From assembly GCA_963666485.2 (NCBI GenBank), contig CAXXUO010000002.1:448001-512000 (forward strand): DNA of 64,000 nt, given 5' to 3'. Of the stretch, positions 61,918 to 64,000 are shown piece by piece (the first letter of the stretch is position 1; each line of letters begins with the position of its first letter). A program made the position numbers and the translations under genes. This DNA is from Syntrophorhabdaceae bacterium (GTDB lineage: Bacteria; Desulfobacterota; Syntrophorhabdia; Syntrophorhabdales; Syntrophorhabdaceae). The notes under the pieces were generated by a model. It was not told where the DNA came from and did no database searches. It saw nothing but the letters and a program-made list of their open reading frames with translations.

Positions 61918-62580
61918 ATGAAGGATGTATTGATCGCACCGTCCATATTATCCTGCGATTTCCTGCGCCTCGGACAGGAAATACGGGACGTCGAGGAGGC
62001 CGGGGCGGACTGGATCCATGTCGACGTCATGGATGGCCATTTCGTGCCCAATATTACGATCGGGCCTTTGATGGTAGAAGCCCTCCGCAGGATAAACACC
62101 AAGCCGCTGGATGTCCACCTCATGATCGAAAATCCTGCCGATTACGTCGAGGCATTTGCCAAAGCGGGCTCCGATATCATCACGATCCATGCCGAGGCGG
62201 ACGATCATCTCTACCGGACCCTGGACATGATCAAAGAGTCGGGGGTCAGGGCCGGGATATCGTACAATCCGGCCACCCCCTTGACCGGCCTGAAACACAT
62301 CATCCACATCGTGGACCTGGTGCTTATCATGACGGTCAACCCGGGGTTTGGCGGCCAGAAATACATTCCGGCGATGGCCCCGAAGATCACAGAAGCGCGC
62401 AAGATCATCGACAAGGCGAGCCGTTACATCGATCTCGAGGTCGATGGCGGCATCAAGGCGTCAAATGCGGCGGAGGTCGTTAAAGCAGGGGGAAACGTCC
62501 TTGTCATGGGGACCGAGATATTCCACAGCGAAGACTATCGCAACAAGATCGACGAGGTACGCCTCAGGATCGGTTATTGA
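61918..62580 (+). CDS. rpe: Ribulose-phosphate 3-epimerase
   Basis: IAPSIL, HVDVMDGHFVPN, MTVNPGFGGQ, VDGG. Confidence 0.97.
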   Translation: MKDVLIAPSILSCDFLRLGQEIRDVEEAGADWIHVDVMDGHFVPNITIGPLMVEALRRINTKPLDVHLMIENPADYVEAFAKAGSDIITIHAEADDHLYRTLDMIKESGVRAGISYNPATPLTGLKHIIHIVDLVLIMTVNPGFGGQKYIPAMAPKITEARKIIDKASRYIDLEVDGGIKASNAAEVVKAGGNVLVMGTEIFHSEDYRNKIDEVRLRIGY

Positions 62581-62583
62581 TGT

Positions 62584-63231
62584 ATGGACCTCAGGCGGCA
62601 AAAAACATATAAAAGCGTCTTTGACGCCGCAAAAGATGCACTGATCAAGAGCGCGAATATCCCGGAGAAATTATTCCGCGCGGGCCTGCGTTTCGACGAA
62701 CGCGGAAAAGATATCCGGGTGTTTGTCCCTTTCTTCAATGAAACGATCACCCTTACCCTGCCCTCGGGAACCTTTGCCGGTGAGGCCGGCGCCAATGTCA
62801 CGCTTGTCACCCGCATCATAATCCTTCATTATATCAACAGTGCGTCTGGCATCCCTTTCGCCGGCGAGAAAATAGCGTATGGCGACATACCCGCCTGCAT
62901 GCACTATGATCCCATTTTTGAAAGAAGGGTCCTTAAGCCCCTTGCCAGGGCCTTCGGGTATGATAAATATTCATTTAAGGAGGCGGGCAGCCTCATGGGG
63001 GGGCGTGAGGAAGAGTTCGGAGATGCGTCCTTCACCCTGTTCGCTTTTCCCAAGGTCCCCGTCACATTCGTCCTGTGGGAAGGTGACGAGGAGTTCCCTC
63101 CGCAGGCGAAGGCGCTTTTCGACCCGTCGATCACCGGGTACCTACCCCTTGAGGACATCGTGGTGATCGCGAAACTTGCGGCAGGAAGGGTCCTGAAAAC
63201 GGCAATGAAACAATTTCGTGACGAGGATTGA
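62584..63231 (+). CDS. DUF3786 domain protein
   Basis: IILHY, FPKVP...LWEGDEEFP...LFD.S...YLPLEDI. Confidence 0.82.
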   Translation: MDLRRQKTYKSVFDAAKDALIKSANIPEKLFRAGLRFDERGKDIRVFVPFFNETITLTLPSGTFAGEAGANVTLVTRIIILHYINSASGIPFAGEKIAYGDIPACMHYDPIFERRVLKPLARAFGYDKYSFKEAGSLMGGREEEFGDASFTLFAFPKVPVTFVLWEGDEEFPPQAKALFDPSITGYLPLEDIVVIAKLAAGRVLKTAMKQFRDED

Positions 63232-63233
63232 TA

Positions 63234-64000
63234 ATGATATTTAAACAATTTAATTTTGAGGGATGCCTTGCTTACATCATAGCCGGTGAAAGCGGCGGAA
63301 AGGGAGCGATCATAGATCCCTCCCACGACGAAAAACCTTTTCTCGATTTTATCGCTGCTCATTCGCTGAAGATTGACTACGTGATCGATACCCACACGCA
63401 TGTCGACCATATCTCCCTTGCCCCGAAACTTGCAGACATTCTCGGGGCAAAAACGGTGATGGGGCGTCTGACATCGCTGCAGAGAGAAATAGGATCGGAG
63501 GTCACCGATCTTTTCGGGATCGAGAAGATCCTTGCCGAGAACGCCCGGAACCGGATCGATGTCTACCTGGGAGACGGTGATGAGCTTCATATCGGGGATA
63601 TCACTCTTAAAGCGATCGAGACGAAGGGCCACACGCAGGACCACATATCTATTCTTGCCGGCGACCGTATCTTTTCCGGCGACACGCTGCTGATCGGGCA
63701 GTGCGGAAGGACAGACCTGCCGGGAGGAAGCTCCCAGGACATGTACGACAGCCTTTTCGGGAAATTCATGGCGTTATCCGACGATCTTTTCGTGTATCCC
63801 GCGCACGATTACAAAGGGAATATAAATTCGTCTTTAGGGTTTGAAAAAACGAACAATGTCTGCTTCAAGACAAAAAGGACCCCTGCCGAATTTGAAAAAT
63901 TCCTCAAGGGGCTCTTTCCTCCTCTTAACGCGAGTACGGGTAAACTGCAGTGCGGCCTGTCCATGGAACCGGACCAGCAATCCGGCGACATCGGCCCGCT
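63234..64000 (+). CDS. MBL-fold hydrolase, ETHE1/glyoxalase II-like (3' truncated by window edge)
   Basis: Translated by hand: MIFKQFNFEGCLAYII...IDP...DTHTHVDH...GHT...FSGDTL...GRTD...YPAHDY. Confidence 0.88.
   Translation, partial: MIFKQFNFEGCLAYIIAGESGGKGAIIDPSHDEKPFLDFIAAHSLKIDYVIDTHTHVDHISLAPKLADILGAKTVMGRLTSLQREIGSEVTDLFGIEKILAENARNRIDVYLGDGDELHIGDITLKAIETKGHTQDHISILAGDRIFSGDTLLIGQCGRTDLPGGSSQDMYDSLFGKFMALSDDLFVYPAHDYKGNINSSLGFEKTNNVCFKTKRTPAEFEKFLKGLFPPLNASTGKLQCGLSMEPDQQSGDIGP

Overview
Core-chromosome window from an anaerobic Gram-negative bacterium; gene content suggests a Desulfobacterota/deltaproteobacterial syntroph, which is an inference only. It carries housekeeping genes (kdsB, pyrF, rlmB, thrC, zur-znuACB, dnaK, lon, carAB, mnmG, htpX, rsmB, rpe) and two tRNAs (Leu-CAA, Arg-CCG). 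Main findings: (1) archease-rtcB, where the catalytic Mn-binding Cys codon of RtcB is an in-frame UGA followed by a bacterial SECIS-like hairpin, so RtcB is a candidate selenocysteine RNA ligase. A second UGA+SECIS with the same 20-nt spacing sits in a rhodanese lipoprotein and supports Sec recoding. (2) A candidate trans-envelope cAMP signalling module: cAMP phosphodiesterase, a Slam/T11SS-like TPR-beta-barrel, three FecR-domain paralogs with near-identical N-halves and variable C-terminal repeats, and a convergent CHASE2 adenylate cyclase. (3) An MshEN-cNMP-GAF-GAF-PAS cyclase with a catalytic Arg to Tyr change. (4) A family of intergenic heptamer repeats in inverted pairs around terminators, including a perfect 50-copy AACGGCT array. 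(5) A MITE-like element inside a 102-bp duplication of the cobO promoter and 5' end. (6) Two homopolymer frameshifts. No database searches were run, so novelty is unverified.
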